Shown: one piece after another, positions 51,869-63,177 of the stretch
Layout: each line of letters begins with the position of its first letter
Position numbering within the stretch: position 1 is the first letter of the stretch
From: an uncultured cyanobacterium
GTDB taxonomy: Bacteria; Cyanobacteriota; Cyanobacteriia; Cyanobacteriales; Nostocaceae
Length of the DNA stretch: 64,000 nt
Assembly: GCA_963740315.1 (NCBI GenBank)
Contig: CAVUDP010000002.1
Location: 1,952,001 to 2,016,000 of the forward strand
Reading direction: 5' to 3'
The notes under the pieces: generated by a model
What the model was told of the DNA's origin: nothing
The model's input: only the letters and a program-made list of their open reading frames with translations
Database searches by the model: none
Translations under genes and position numbers: made by a program

Positions 51869-52024
51869 ACATCACCAGAGATGCGGTTTACCAATTGTGG
51901 ATTTTCTAATAGTTACGCTCTTATTATTTGTTTGCGTAGCGTTCCTCTATACTTTATTTTGTTTTGAACAATTTTGAACAATATAGATTAATTGTCCGTT
52001 GATAATTGATAACTGATAACTGTC

Positions 52025-52339
52025 CTACTCTTCATCTTCCGCTTCTAAAACTATCATTAAACGGTTTAGAGTTTGCGTCAGTAGAGTAAGTCTTTGCATG
52101 GAATTGTCTTGGCTTTCTGCAAGAGTTTGCACTGCGTCGCACAATGCCAATATTTGATACCCTTGCTGCTGTACCTGCTTTCCTTGCTCTTCTACTTGTA
52201 CGCTTAAATTATCTACTCTGTCAGAAAGACGTTCTATTGTCTCAGTGGTAGCCAGTACAGCTTCGCCTATTTGCTCCACTATCGACTCTAAACGTCCTAC
52301 TTTTACTTTGTCTGCTCCAGTTGCAACCATTTTTAGCAC
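52025..52339 (-). CDS. Hypothetical coiled-coil protein
   Basis: 104-aa heptad-rich ORF with GTG start. Confidence 0.65.
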   Translation of the reverse strand: MLKMVATGADKVKVGRLESIVEQIGEAVLATTETIERLSDRVDNLSVQVEEQGKQVQQQGYQILALCDAVQTLAESQDNSMQRLTLLTQTLNRLMIVLEAEDEE

Positions 52340-52981
52340 CTTAAGAAAGAGATAGCACCACTGTGGAACTGAATATCATCCCTAAACCACAATGAAAACA
52401 TGATGTAGTACTTTTGTAAGTAATACTTAGAAGGGATGCTATTAATCATGTTTCCCAAAAATTGGATGAAATACACATCAAGGGAGTTGACAAAGGAAAA
52501 TTAACTCCCTTTAATGAGCGGTCAATGTATTCAAAGATTCATCCAAATCCTTTAACCCTTTTGTTTGAGGCATTGTATCACCTCATACTTATAAATAAAC
52601 TTTTGAGCCCATTAATTTTCTTTTACTGTAGTTTATAAGCCTTACCATACAACCAAATTATTCATCAAATCAATAATTAAAAGTATGAGTTTTACTTGCT
52701 ACTTATTATCGATTCTATAGGTCAAACCAGCATTAAGGCTTACGCACTCGGTTGGTAGCAAATTCTAACATATTTGCGTTATCCGTCAATGTATCAAATG
52801 GCTTTTCATCTATCTAAAGTAATATTTTTTATTCTTTACCTAAAGTTTATATATGATAGCGATCCCCGCGATATCGATGAAGTTTCAGTAAATATACGGT
52901 AGCGGATGATTTTTTTGATAAAGCTAAGTCTATATTCAAACTAGAATTACGTAGGAATACGTTTCTCGCTCAAAACTTAGC

Positions 52982-53662
52982 TTGACGATGTTCCAATTAC
53001 CCATGACAAGTTTTGTTAAAGGTGCAGATAACACTTGGGCTTCCCAAATTACACCTCATCCCTCAGTCAATTCTAGATTTAAACGCTTTCTAGATATTTT
53101 GGGAAGTATAGTAGGTTTATTTATTTTAGCGATCGCGTTTTTACCGATCGCGATCGCGATTAGAATCGACAGCCCCGGCTCCATTTTCTTTATGCAAGAA
53201 AGACACGGACTTTACGGACGTACTTTCCGAATTCGTAAATTCCGTTCAATGGTAACGGATGCAGAACAATTAAAATCGAAAGTAAAAAATGAAGCTAACG
53301 GACACTTCTTTAAAAGTCAAAATGATTTTCGAGTTACAAAGGTAGGACGTTTTTTAAGAAGCACAAGTTTAGACGAACTACCTCAATTTTGGAACGTTTT
53401 CTTGGGTGAAATGAGTTTAGTAGGAACTCGTCCCCCGACTGCTGACGAAGTAAGCCATTACTCCGAGCATCACTGGCAACGTTTGCACGTCAAACCTGGT
53501 TTAACAGGCGAATGGCAAGTAAACGGACGTTCTCAAATTAAAGATTTCGAGCAAGTATTCGAGCTAGACTTGCAATACCAAACCAAATGGCATCAATTCT
53601 ATGACTTATCGTTGATTATTAAAACTATTCATGTAATTTTTGCTCGTATAGGAGCGTTTTAA
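52982..53662 (+). CDS. Bacterial sugar transferase (priming glycosyltransferase; likely start 52988)
   Basis: KRFLDI, KFRSM, RVTKVGRFLRSTSLDELPQF.NV..GEMSLVGTRP, KPGLTG.WQV.GRS. Confidence 0.95.
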   Translation: MTMFQLPMTSFVKGADNTWASQITPHPSVNSRFKRFLDILGSIVGLFILAIAFLPIAIAIRIDSPGSIFFMQERHGLYGRTFRIRKFRSMVTDAEQLKSKVKNEANGHFFKSQNDFRVTKVGRFLRSTSLDELPQFWNVFLGEMSLVGTRPPTADEVSHYSEHHWQRLHVKPGLTGEWQVNGRSQIKDFEQVFELDLQYQTKWHQFYDLSLIIKTIHVIFARIGAF

Positions 53663-53839
53663 ATCAGTGAGCAGTGAGCAGTTATCAGTTATCAGTTATC
53701 AGTTATCAGTTATCAGTATGATGAAATATTTAGTATGAGAGCTAAACCTCTGACTACGAACTTGATTACTCCTCATAATTGATGTAGTCAAATACTAGTC
53801 ACTGTTCACTGTTCACTGTTCACTGCTCACTGCTCACTG

Positions 53840-55609
53840 TTAATGCAATAATTCTTCCACCTGATGCTGACTCCATAAAGTTTTGTAAAGTCCGGGTTGT
53901 TGTAAAAGTTCTATTTGATTGCCAGTTTGAACGATTTTGCCTTTTTCCATCACCAAAATGCGATCGGCAGCAGCAGCAGCAGATAATTGATGGGTGATGA
54001 AAACAATTGTTTTACGTTTGGTGCCGCTAGAAAGATTCTTTAGAATTTGTGTAGCTGTTTGATTATCAACGCTGGAAAGCGAATCATCTAAAATTAGTAC
54101 CGGAGCATCAACCAACATTGCTCTAGCTAAAGCAGTACGCTGTCTTTGACCGCCAGAAAGCGTAATTCCGCGTTCGCCGACAAGAGTATCGTATTGTTGC
54201 GGAAAATTAGTTATTTCCGAGCGAATTTGCGATAATTGTGCGGCTGTTTCCACTTCTTGCTGTTCCGCTAAAGGATCGCCATAACGGATATTATTTTGAA
54301 TGCTAGTACTAAATAGAAAGCTGTCTTGAGGAACATAGGCTATTACATCTCGCAAGTCTGTCAAAGCGATTTTAGTAATATCTACTCCATCTAAAAATAA
54401 TTCTCCCTCATCAATATCTAATAAACGCGGTAAACAATTGGCTAAAGTCGATTTACCCGAACCGATCGCGCCTACAATTGCGATTGTTTCTCCTGGGGAA
54501 ATATTAAAATTAACATTATTTAATGCGGGAGTATCCGCACCAGGATAGGTAAATGTTAAGTTTTTAGCGGTTAATTCTCCTTTAATTGTCTCTCGCGATA
54601 TTTGAATTGCATCGCTGTCATCTTTTATTTTAGGTTCGACATTGAAAATTGCTTCAACGCGATCGACGCTAACTTCACCGCGCTGATATTGAGTAATCGT
54701 AAATCCTAACAAAGCGGTAGGAAATACCAAAGCTTCAACATACAGCAATAACTCAATAAAATTCCCTACATCAAGATCGGAACCGATTCTACCCGCTCCT
54801 ATCCAGATAATTAGAAACAAGCTGATGTTAGACAATCCCGTAATCAAGGGAAACAAAGTATTTCGAGTTCTTGCCAGTTTTAAATTAGCTTGTAACAGCT
54901 TTTCATTTTGTTTACTAAAAGCGCGACGTTCGTTTTCTTCTTGAGCGTAAATTTTTATTAAGGAAATACCGCTAATATCTTCTTGAATCAGGTTACTGGC
55001 ATCTGATAAATTCTCCTGTAGTAACATTTGCTGATTGCGGAGACGTTCGCTAAATAGCATTACTACAAATAACATGATTGGATATACCGATAATGCTGCG
55101 ATCGTTAGCTGCACATCAATAGCAAGCATTACAGGTAATGTCAGTGCATAAGCAAAGATAGTATTGGCAAAGCTCAACACTACAAAACCTAGCAACCGTC
55201 GGATATTATCAACATCACTCGTAGCGCGACTAATTAAATCTCCAGCTTTATTAGTAGCGAAATAAGAAGGCTCCAGCTTCAGCAAATGTTCAAAAATCTG
55301 TTGCTTAAGGTCAAATTCTACCTGTCTTCCCACACCAAATATCCAGATGCGAGAAGCCATCCTGATCAGCCACATTGAAGAACTGAGTAAGAAAATAAGT
55401 ATTGCGTAGCGTATTACTTGTCCGTAGTCAAAATTCACCGGAAGTGCAATATCAACACTTTCAAGTGCATTAACGCAATTACCAATTAATTTGATCGTGT
55501 AAATCTTTAACCCATTGACAACTAGTAAAGAGATAATGCCTAAAGTCGTGTCCCGCCAATGAGGGCGTATATAGGCAACAAGTTTGGCAAACCGTCGTGA
55601 TTTTGACAT
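53840..55609 (-). CDS. ABC exporter, fused permease/ATPase
   Basis: TM domain; GAIGSGKST, LSGGQRQR, LILDD, ITH. Confidence 0.95.
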   Translation of the reverse strand: MSKSRRFAKLVAYIRPHWRDTTLGIISLLVVNGLKIYTIKLIGNCVNALESVDIALPVNFDYGQVIRYAILIFLLSSSMWLIRMASRIWIFGVGRQVEFDLKQQIFEHLLKLEPSYFATNKAGDLISRATSDVDNIRRLLGFVVLSFANTIFAYALTLPVMLAIDVQLTIAALSVYPIMLFVVMLFSERLRNQQMLLQENLSDASNLIQEDISGISLIKIYAQEENERRAFSKQNEKLLQANLKLARTRNTLFPLITGLSNISLFLIIWIGAGRIGSDLDVGNFIELLLYVEALVFPTALLGFTITQYQRGEVSVDRVEAIFNVEPKIKDDSDAIQISRETIKGELTAKNLTFTYPGADTPALNNVNFNISPGETIAIVGAIGSGKSTLANCLPRLLDIDEGELFLDGVDITKIALTDLRDVIAYVPQDSFLFSTSIQNNIRYGDPLAEQQEVETAAQLSQIRSEITNFPQQYDTLVGERGITLSGGQRQRTALARAMLVDAPVLILDDSLSSVDNQTATQILKNLSSGTKRKTIVFITHQLSAAAAADRILVMEKGKIVQTGNQIELLQQPGLYKTLWSQHQVEELLH

Positions 55610-55806
55610 TCGAGCAATTAGTTACGAATTATTAATTATCAGTTATCAACGAACAATTATCAATGAACAATTTTCATTTATTTACCTATTTGAGGGAATA
55701 GGAGCATAATGATGGTTCAAGAATATTTGTTATTAATAATTGATAACAAACAAAAACTAGGGCACCGCACTTAGCAGACCCTAGTATATTGAGTTACCAT
55801 TAAATC

Positions 55807-56490
55807 CTATCGAGGACGTAGGAAAGAGTTGACTTGATTCAAGTAACTTTCCCAAACTTCGGTGGTTAATTCCAAAGTGTCTGCACTCGGTACAAAATCT
55901 TCTAATTGTAAACCGCGACGACGAATAGTTTGAGGTCTTTGCAAAAGGTAAGGCGGAATATTTATACTGCTAGATAATGCTATTGTAGTCCGATCAGTAT
56001 TTACTTGAGGAATAATACTATCGCTAACTACATCTGACATATTTGCTACATTTGTTTCGAGGGCAAATGCGACAAGGGTTGCAGATTTCGGTTGAATCAA
56101 AGCTACACCAGGATAAGCTGCTTGAGCAACAGGTGATTGAACCAAGAAATAGGCAACCGCTGGTGTACTTGCTAATAATAAAATCGTCAGTGCCCAGCCG
56201 ATTAAATATCCTCCCGGTTTGTCTATTGCTCCACCTTTTATTCTCTGAGCGGCAAAAGTCATCAACAAAATTGATGCTCCCAAAGGTTTGAGAGGAAAGG
56301 ATACTACTCTCCACAAAGAAGCAACAGCAGGTTCGCTGGGATTAACAAAGGACAATAGCAAGATAATCAGAAAAATTACTACAACAAATCGCCCTACGAA
56401 GTTTCCCGTGGGGTAGAATTTCTGAAACAGGCTAAATACAATAGTACCTATAAGTAGCCATAGAAGTACTCGGCTTAACAATTCAAACAT
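55807..56490 (-). CDS. Hypothetical membrane protein
   Basis: Four N-terminal hydrophobic helices; 227 aa. Confidence 0.72.
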   Translation of the reverse strand: MFELLSRVLLWLLIGTIVFSLFQKFYPTGNFVGRFVVVIFLIILLLSFVNPSEPAVASLWRVVSFPLKPLGASILLMTFAAQRIKGGAIDKPGGYLIGWALTILLLASTPAVAYFLVQSPVAQAAYPGVALIQPKSATLVAFALETNVANMSDVVSDSIIPQVNTDRTTIALSSSINIPPYLLQRPQTIRRRGLQLEDFVPSADTLELTTEVWESYLNQVNSFLRPR

Positions 56491-56744
56491 AAATTTACTC
56501 TCAAATGTTTCTGTACGGTCAATCCTATATGGCTCCGGGCAGTTGATTTATTCTACTGTCAAATGGTAGTACCACCATTGTTTGACTTCAAATACCTCAC
56601 GCCCTACATACCATAACTACCTTCGTAGTGATTTTAGTGCAATTTTTATCAACAATGTTGAGTATTTGTAGTCTGGAAGATAAGTAATCTCGCTGGCATT
56701 AAATTAAATTTATGATGTAGTTGTCAAATTCATGCATAAAATCT

Positions 56745-57743
56745 ATGTCTTCCGAACATACTATCTTAGTCACCGGAGGAGCCGGGTATATTGGCTCGCA
56801 CACCGTATTAGCTTTAAAACAAGCGGGTTATGAAGTTTTAATACTTGATAATTTAGTTTACGGACACCGTGACTTAGTAGAACAAGTCCTCAAAGTCGAA
56901 CTTATCGAAGGAGATACAAGCGATCGCGATTTATTAGACAATTTATTTAAATCGCGAGATATTGCAGCAGTAATGCATTTTTCTGCTTATGCTTATGTCG
57001 GAGAATCAGTTTCTAACCCCGCTAAATATTACCGTAATAATGTAATCGGTACAATAACCCTGTTAGAGGCAATGCTAGCTGCATCCGTTAAGAAATTTGT
57101 ATTTTCTTCAACTTGTGCAACATACGGAGTACCTGAAGTAGTGCCGATACCGGAAGATCATCCCCAAAATCCGATCAATCCTTACGGTGCTACCAAATTA
57201 ATGGTAGAGCGCATACTTTCTGATTTTAACGAAGCATATGACTTTAAATCAGTACGTTTTCGATACTTTAATGCAGCAGGTGCAGACCCCGAAGGTAAAT
57301 TAGGAGAAGACCATAACCCCGAAACCCATTTAATTCCCTTGGTATTACAAACAGCTTTAGGGAAACGCGATTCAATCTCAATTTTCGGTACCGATTACCC
57401 CACAGAAGACGGTACTTGCGTTCGCGACTACATCCACGTTAGCGACTTAGCCGATGCTCACGTATTAGGCTTAGAATATTTACTCAAAGGTGGCGACAGC
57501 AGCTTTTTCAACTTAGGAAACGGAAGCGGTTTTTCCGTCAAAGAAGTAATAGAAGCCGCAAAACTTGTTACCGGCAAAGATATTAAAGCAATAGAATGCG
57601 ATCGCCGTCCAGGAGATCCCCCAGCCCTGATAGGTAGCGCCGAAAAAGCCCGCCAAATTCTAGGTTGGCAACCCCAATACACTAACCTCAAAGATATCAT
57701 GACTCATGCTTGGGAATGGCATCAGAAGCGACACGGAAGTTAG
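56745..57743 (+). CDS. galE: UDP-glucose 4-epimerase
   Basis: TGGAGYIGSH, VGESV..P.KYY.NN, FSSTCATYG, YGATK, RYFNAAGA, VRDYIHV.DLA. Confidence 0.96.
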   Translation: MSSEHTILVTGGAGYIGSHTVLALKQAGYEVLILDNLVYGHRDLVEQVLKVELIEGDTSDRDLLDNLFKSRDIAAVMHFSAYAYVGESVSNPAKYYRNNVIGTITLLEAMLAASVKKFVFSSTCATYGVPEVVPIPEDHPQNPINPYGATKLMVERILSDFNEAYDFKSVRFRYFNAAGADPEGKLGEDHNPETHLIPLVLQTALGKRDSISIFGTDYPTEDGTCVRDYIHVSDLADAHVLGLEYLLKGGDSSFFNLGNGSGFSVKEVIEAAKLVTGKDIKAIECDRRPGDPPALIGSAEKARQILGWQPQYTNLKDIMTHAWEWHQKRHGS

Positions 57744-58070
57744 GAGAGGGGGAGAGGGGGAGATGGGGAGAGGGGGAGAGGGGGAGATGGGGAGATGGGG
57801 AGAGGGGGAGATGGGGAGATGGGGAGAGGGGGAGATGGGGAGATGGGGAGAGGGGGAGATGGGGAGAGGGGGAGATGGGGAGATGGGGAGATGGGGAGAT
57901 GGGGAGATGGGGAGATGGGGAGATGGGGAGATGGTGAATCCACTCTCGTGCGGAGGAACACGACCGTTGAGAGAAGTGGTGAACCCGTTACTCTAACGAG
58001 TCGTGCCGCGCTGAACACGCGGAGCGTGCGGCGAGCGGGGGAGATGGGGAGATAAGGGGACAAGGGGAAG
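57742..58070. repeat. GGGAGATG/GGGAGAGG octamer array with GC-rich insert
   Basis: About 24 units, then the insert shared with 8217-8303. Confidence 0.92.
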
Positions 58071-58103
58071 GAGTTATTACACCTTTGACCTTTAACCTTT
58101 GAC

Positions 58104-58673
58104 CTAACTCCTAACTCTTCTGGTTACGGCGAAAATTCCACCTACAATTACCAAAACTCCTAAACCTATAGCCCAAATTGGTAAGGGAAAAGATGGTTGT
58201 TCGGTTTGAGTTGTATTGACATTTTGCACTTGTTGTGATGATGTTTCTTGTTGAGTTGTAGCTTTTGAAGTTCCAGCGGCTACGGTAACATCAAAGTTTA
58301 ATTCAAACGGTTGGAAGTTCGCGCCATCTGCCGGTTTACCAGTAAGCTCTAATTGATAGGCTCCGGGTTTAGGAAATGTAATTTTCGCGGACGGTATGCC
58401 TTGATATCGTTCGGCTGATATGGGTTGTAAAGCTGGTTGAATCAGTGGCGCTGCTCCTGTTTTACGAGGTTCGCTGTATACGCTTAATTCACAATTGCAC
58501 TCTTTGAGAGGAATAACCTTACCTCCCTTGCGAGTTAAAGCAAACCAAGCTTGTGCAGCATCACCAGCGCGAGGATTATCGTTTGGTTCGATATGCAGAG
58601 TAGCACCGACATCTTCAGCAGCTTCTGTCTTATGGGCGGAAGCGGAAGGAATTAAGAATGATGAATCTTTCAT
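58104..58673 (-). CDS. Hypothetical protein with C-terminal membrane anchor
   Basis: AHKT...VGATLHIEPNDNP, ITFPKPGAYQLEL.G; C-terminal TM followed by RRVR. Confidence 0.75.
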   Translation of the reverse strand: MKDSSFLIPSASAHKTEAAEDVGATLHIEPNDNPRAGDAAQAWFALTRKGGKVIPLKECNCELSVYSEPRKTGAAPLIQPALQPISAERYQGIPSAKITFPKPGAYQLELTGKPADGANFQPFELNFDVTVAAGTSKATTQQETSSQQVQNVNTTQTEQPSFPLPIWAIGLGVLVIVGGIFAVTRRVRS

Positions 58674-58770
58674 AATTTGGGAGTTAGTTGTTAGTTGTTA
58701 GTTGTTAGTTGTTTGTAAATAAAAATTATCTCCCCCCTCTACCTCCTCTACCCCCTCTACCCCCTCTCCC

Positions 58771-59991
58771 CTAACGTGGTGAAACATAAAATCTCTGCAA
58801 GCGCAATGTTGACCAAAAAAGACGAGTTCTAATTAATAAAATGCCCAGAGTAATAATTCCTAAACCGATGGCGGCGACTTTGTTTGTCCAAGTTGATTGC
58901 AGGGAACCGAGGTAATGGGAGCCAATTATTAAGGCGTGAATTGCAGTTAATATCAAAGCTGGAATAGTTAATAAATGAATTTGTCGCCAGCGTTTGCCTA
59001 ATGCTTTTTGTAAGGAATCAAAGCTGGTTATAGCAGCAGGAGTCATCAACACCAACGCTACTGCACCGCAAGCCATAGCTAACTGAAATTCTGGTGGTAA
59101 AAAGAAAAAACTATTTAGCTTCCACGATAATGAATGTTCCATCATGTGGGCAGTGTGTGCCAAAGAAACGACGAAAGCACCAACTCCCAAACCACGACGA
59201 TAACGCATCGGTGCCGCCCATAAACCGCTGATGGGACGAGCAATAAGCGCGAGCATCAGCAATATTAAACCCGCGTGTCCGGTGTAGTCTACCATTGTAT
59301 CGCCAGTCCGCAGCAGGGTAATTACGCCGATTGTCAGAGTTACCCAGCCACCCAAACGAAACAACTGCGATCGCTTGTCTTTACTAATCAACGATGCAGA
59401 CACTCCTACACCCAACATCATCGGTAATGTTCCCAAGCCAAAAGCTAGCATTGTCGCCGCACCCATCCACATATTCCCCGTTTCGGCAGCTTTAATCTGA
59501 GCAGCATACAAAAAACCACAAGGCATTAAACCCCAAGTCATCCCCAAAAGCGCGGGTGCGTACCAACTGTTTTGCAATGACAGCTTGGACATTCCCGCAT
59601 TCAGGCGATCGTGTAAACCACCTCGTAATAACGGGTGTAAAAACGGAATTCTGGGTAAAAAATCTGGATTAATCTGTCTGAGTCCAAACAAAATCAACAT
59701 TAAACCAGTAATAATCGCTATCCACTGACGTAATTCGCTACCAACCCCTGCTAATTGTCCGCCTTCTACTAATATCGAACCTAGCGCCCCAATCGCAGCA
59801 CCAACTAAGCTATAACTAACCATTCGTCCCAAATTAAGCAAAAGGTGAAACTTGGATTGTTGCCACCAATTAGTGTTTTCACTTTTGGAAGACAAAGAAA
59901 ATGCTACAGTTAAAGGTCCGCACATTCCTACACAATGACCAAAACTGCCGAGAAATCCTAACGCTGCAATTAGCAAAAGGTCGAGTACCAT
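58771..59991 (-). CDS. DsbD_2/UreH-like membrane protein fused to a ferric-reductase-like TM domain
   Basis: GSFGHCVGMCG, GLMPCGFLY, FGLGTLP; C-terminal YRRGLG...H, TS...LGKRWRQIH. Confidence 0.82.
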   Translation of the reverse strand: MVLDLLLIAALGFLGSFGHCVGMCGPLTVAFSLSSKSENTNWWQQSKFHLLLNLGRMVSYSLVGAAIGALGSILVEGGQLAGVGSELRQWIAIITGLMLILFGLRQINPDFLPRIPFLHPLLRGGLHDRLNAGMSKLSLQNSWYAPALLGMTWGLMPCGFLYAAQIKAAETGNMWMGAATMLAFGLGTLPMMLGVGVSASLISKDKRSQLFRLGGWVTLTIGVITLLRTGDTMVDYTGHAGLILLMLALIARPISGLWAAPMRYRRGLGVGAFVVSLAHTAHMMEHSLSWKLNSFFFLPPEFQLAMACGAVALVLMTPAAITSFDSLQKALGKRWRQIHLLTIPALILTAIHALIIGSHYLGSLQSTWTNKVAAIGLGIITLGILLIRTRLFWSTLRLQRFYVSPR

Positions 59992-60107
59992 TTTAGATTT
60001 TAAAAGAGTTTTTATTGAAAATAAATTTATATAAAATATCAAGGTTCGTAGTGAAAACTTTAGTTTTTGATTTGAGGATTAAAATCCTGACTACAAACCC
60101 ATTAAAA

Positions 60108-60584
60108 CTAATGTTTGTGTTGCTGTTGATTTTTTACTGCTTCTGACACTATGACAATTTCTGTATCTTCAATTAATTTACCCTTGCTAGTCCAATCAGC
60201 ATGATTGTTAGCATTCAAAGTGACTTTTACCTGATTTTCACCGGGTTCGAGATTTTCGAGATAATACCAAGAACTATACAGTCTGGTAATTTTTTTTCCG
60301 TTCACAAAAAGATGAGCGTGCCCCTCTCCGGGTTCTGGTGCTGCGTTAACTTTTTCGGGTGCAAATTCAAAGTTGACAACTTTCGCTTCTACATTCCATC
60401 CCTTTTTAGCGTCTTTATGCATTACTAAATCAACAGTTGGTACCGTTCCTTGAGGAACTTCTATTTTTCCATGTGTATGCTCGCCATGTCCGCTCATATC
60501 AGCCACAGTCATAGTCGCACCTTTTGCGATCGCAATTACGCAACCTAACGTAGCCGTAGCGACAAAAAAGTGTTGAGCTTTCAT
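60108..60584 (-). CDS. Exported His-rich protein, putative metal-binding
   Basis: Signal peptide, MSGHGEHTH, GEGHAHLFVNG.K..R, LNANNH. Confidence 0.75.
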   Translation of the reverse strand: MKAQHFFVATATLGCVIAIAKGATMTVADMSGHGEHTHGKIEVPQGTVPTVDLVMHKDAKKGWNVEAKVVNFEFAPEKVNAAPEPGEGHAHLFVNGKKITRLYSSWYYLENLEPGENQVKVTLNANNHADWTSKGKLIEDTEIVIVSEAVKNQQQHKH

Positions 60585-60774
60585 AACAAAAATAACAAAA
60601 AAAATTACCCATCTAAATCCATCAATTTAGGTGTATTTAACAATCATGTCAAAAGACAGCTTGTCGTATTTGAGGCAGTAGGCAATTAAATTTAAATAAA
60701 AATGAAATAAAAACTAAATATTTGTAGAGAGCTTTCCGACTCCTACAAAAGATACTGAATAAGCAAGATAATTG

Positions 60775-63177
60775 TTAATTGATGTGTTGGATTACTAATG
60801 GCGATCGCACAATTAGCGGGATTTCAATCACAAATTCCGTACCTTCTCCAGGTATAGAATTACAGTAAAGTTTACCGCCATGTTTATCTACTATTATTTG
60901 GTAGCTAATGGATAAACCCAATCCCGTTCCTTTACCAACTTCTTTAGTTGTGAAAAACGGGTCAAATAATTTTGATTGAATTTTTGTAGTCATGCCGATA
61001 CCGTTATCAGAAATACTGATTTTTATATGTTTATCGGCAGTTAATTCTGTGGCAATTTTAATATAGTTAGGCTTTAATTTAATTTCTTCAATACGTTTTG
61101 AATTACAATCATCTAAAGCATCAATAGCATTAGCTAAAATGTGCAAAAATACTTGATTGAGTTGACCGGGATAGCATTCTATTAAAGGAAGAAAACCGTA
61201 TTCTTTGATTATTTTAATTTCCGGGTGTGTAGACTTTGCTTTTAAACGGTTATGCAAAAGCATCAATGTGGAGTCAATACCCGAATGAATATCTACTCGT
61301 TTAAACTCTGCTTCATCTAAGCGAGAAAAATTACGCAAGCTTAAAACAATGTCTTTAATACGGTTAGTACCTTCTTCCATTGAATGAAGTATTTTTGTTA
61401 AATCTTCTTTGATAAAATCAATTTCAATTTTTTTAGTTTTATTTATAATTTCTCGATCTGGATTCGGATAGTACAGTTGATATAGTTCTATTAATTCCAG
61501 CAAATCTTTAACATATTCGGAGGCAGGAATGATATTTCCATGAATAAAGTTAACCGGATTATTAATTTCATGAGCAATACCTGCAACCATTTGTCCCAAA
61601 GAAGACATTTTTTCAGTTTGGATTAACTGAGTTTGAGTATGCTTTAATTCGCGCAGAGTATTTTTTAAACTTTCAGTTTGCTTCTGAAACTTTTCTTCTA
61701 TTTGTTTAGCTTCGGTAATATCAATTAAACAACCATACCAAATTATAGAATTATTTGATTGACGTTCTGGTTTTGCTATGGCTTGAATCCATTTTTGCTT
61801 ACCGTTTGGGGCAATATAACGCCATTCTGATGATAAAATTTGTAAATTTTGAGCAGAAATATTACCTTTATCTATAAAAGTTGCAACATCATCTGGATGA
61901 ATATTTTCAAATGCTAAATTAGCATCTTGTTGTAAAACTTGCGGCTCTAACCCTAAAATTTCTCGGCATCCAGAAGAAACGTAGGTAAATGATATATTTC
62001 CATCTGGTTTAACCCGGTATTCATAAATCATTCCCGGTACGTTATCTGTTAGTTGTTGAAGACGTGCTTGAGTTCGTTGCAATTGTGCCGTTCGCGCTTC
62101 AACTTTAACTTCCAATTTTTCATTAATATTTTGGATTTCTGCTTCAATTTGCTTGCGTTGAGTAATATCTTCAATAGTTATTAAAATGCCGATAACACTA
62201 CCTTTAGCATTTCTTAACGGAATTTTATTCGTATCGAGCCATGCTTGTTTTTCATCGGATTGCTGTTGAGTTTCGATTATGTGTAATTCAGGCTTACCCG
62301 ATTCCATGACTCGCTTATCGCATTCCCGATAAAAGTTCGATTCTTCAACAGTCCAAGCCATATCATAATCTGTTTTACCAACAATATCTTCTGGGGAATC
62401 AAAGCCTGCTATTTTAGCTCCAATAACGTTGCATCCTTTATATATGGAGTTTCTATCTTTCCAAAAAATAAATTGGGGGATGCTATTAATTAGCAATTTA
62501 AAGAATTCTTGCGATTCTAATAGTTGCGCTTCCGTTTGATGAGATGCAATCGCACCACCCAAGCTACCAGCGGCGGCTTGTAAAACTGACTTTTCAATAT
62601 TCGTCCATTCATGCTCGTTGTGACAATTGTCAAATCCAATAAATCCCCATAACTTCCCTTTGATTTCGATGGGCATTACTAATATTGATAAAATATTCTG
62701 CCGCTCTAAAGCTTCTCGCTCGGCTTGGGGAAAATCCTTCACCAACCCAGAAATTGGTTTACCTTGAGTAAAATTTTTGTGCCAGCGTGGCAAAAAAGTA
62801 TTGTAAGAAATGTTTTGTAATTGAGGATTATCAATTTCAGGGATAATACCCGGTGCTACCCATTCCCAACGCTGACTGATTAGCATTTCACTAGTATTAG
62901 GATGGGGATGAATTTTAAAAATATAAATTCTGTCAACGATCGCAGCATTTCCCAAAGCTGCTAAAGCTGCATTCATAGATTGTTCGTAATCTTCGATTGT
63001 TAGCAAACAATTATTTGCTTTTGCAATACCATTAAGCAAACGTTCGTTTTGTTCTAATCTTAATTTTGTTAAGTAATTAGCTTCAGTTAAATTAGCAATA
63101 CAATGACGCAGATTAATAAGTTCTGCTTGCATAGCTTCATATGCATTTTTGTCAATAGAAATGAAATTATCTGTCAT
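60775..63177 (-). CDS. GAF-PAS-PAS sensor histidine kinase
   Basis: GAF (DRIYIF, LWGFIGFD), PAS (IFWKD...GKTDYD), PAS (IHPDD), MVAGIAHEINNP, NAIDAL, DNGIG, PFFTTK..GKGTGLGL. Confidence 0.95.
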   Translation of the reverse strand: MTDNFISIDKNAYEAMQAELINLRHCIANLTEANYLTKLRLEQNERLLNGIAKANNCLLTIEDYEQSMNAALAALGNAAIVDRIYIFKIHPHPNTSEMLISQRWEWVAPGIIPEIDNPQLQNISYNTFLPRWHKNFTQGKPISGLVKDFPQAEREALERQNILSILVMPIEIKGKLWGFIGFDNCHNEHEWTNIEKSVLQAAAGSLGGAIASHQTEAQLLESQEFFKLLINSIPQFIFWKDRNSIYKGCNVIGAKIAGFDSPEDIVGKTDYDMAWTVEESNFYRECDKRVMESGKPELHIIETQQQSDEKQAWLDTNKIPLRNAKGSVIGILITIEDITQRKQIEAEIQNINEKLEVKVEARTAQLQRTQARLQQLTDNVPGMIYEYRVKPDGNISFTYVSSGCREILGLEPQVLQQDANLAFENIHPDDVATFIDKGNISAQNLQILSSEWRYIAPNGKQKWIQAIAKPERQSNNSIIWYGCLIDITEAKQIEEKFQKQTESLKNTLRELKHTQTQLIQTEKMSSLGQMVAGIAHEINNPVNFIHGNIIPASEYVKDLLELIELYQLYYPNPDREIINKTKKIEIDFIKEDLTKILHSMEEGTNRIKDIVLSLRNFSRLDEAEFKRVDIHSGIDSTLMLLHNRLKAKSTHPEIKIIKEYGFLPLIECYPGQLNQVFLHILANAIDALDDCNSKRIEEIKLKPNYIKIATELTADKHIKISISDNGIGMTTKIQSKLFDPFFTTKEVGKGTGLGLSISYQIIVDKHGGKLYCNSIPGEGTEFVIEIPLIVRSPLVIQHIN

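Noticed and set aside
53129..53160. Cluster of overlapping HIP1-like sites
   Set aside because: Explained by Ala-Ile codons and the genome-wide HIP1 bias.
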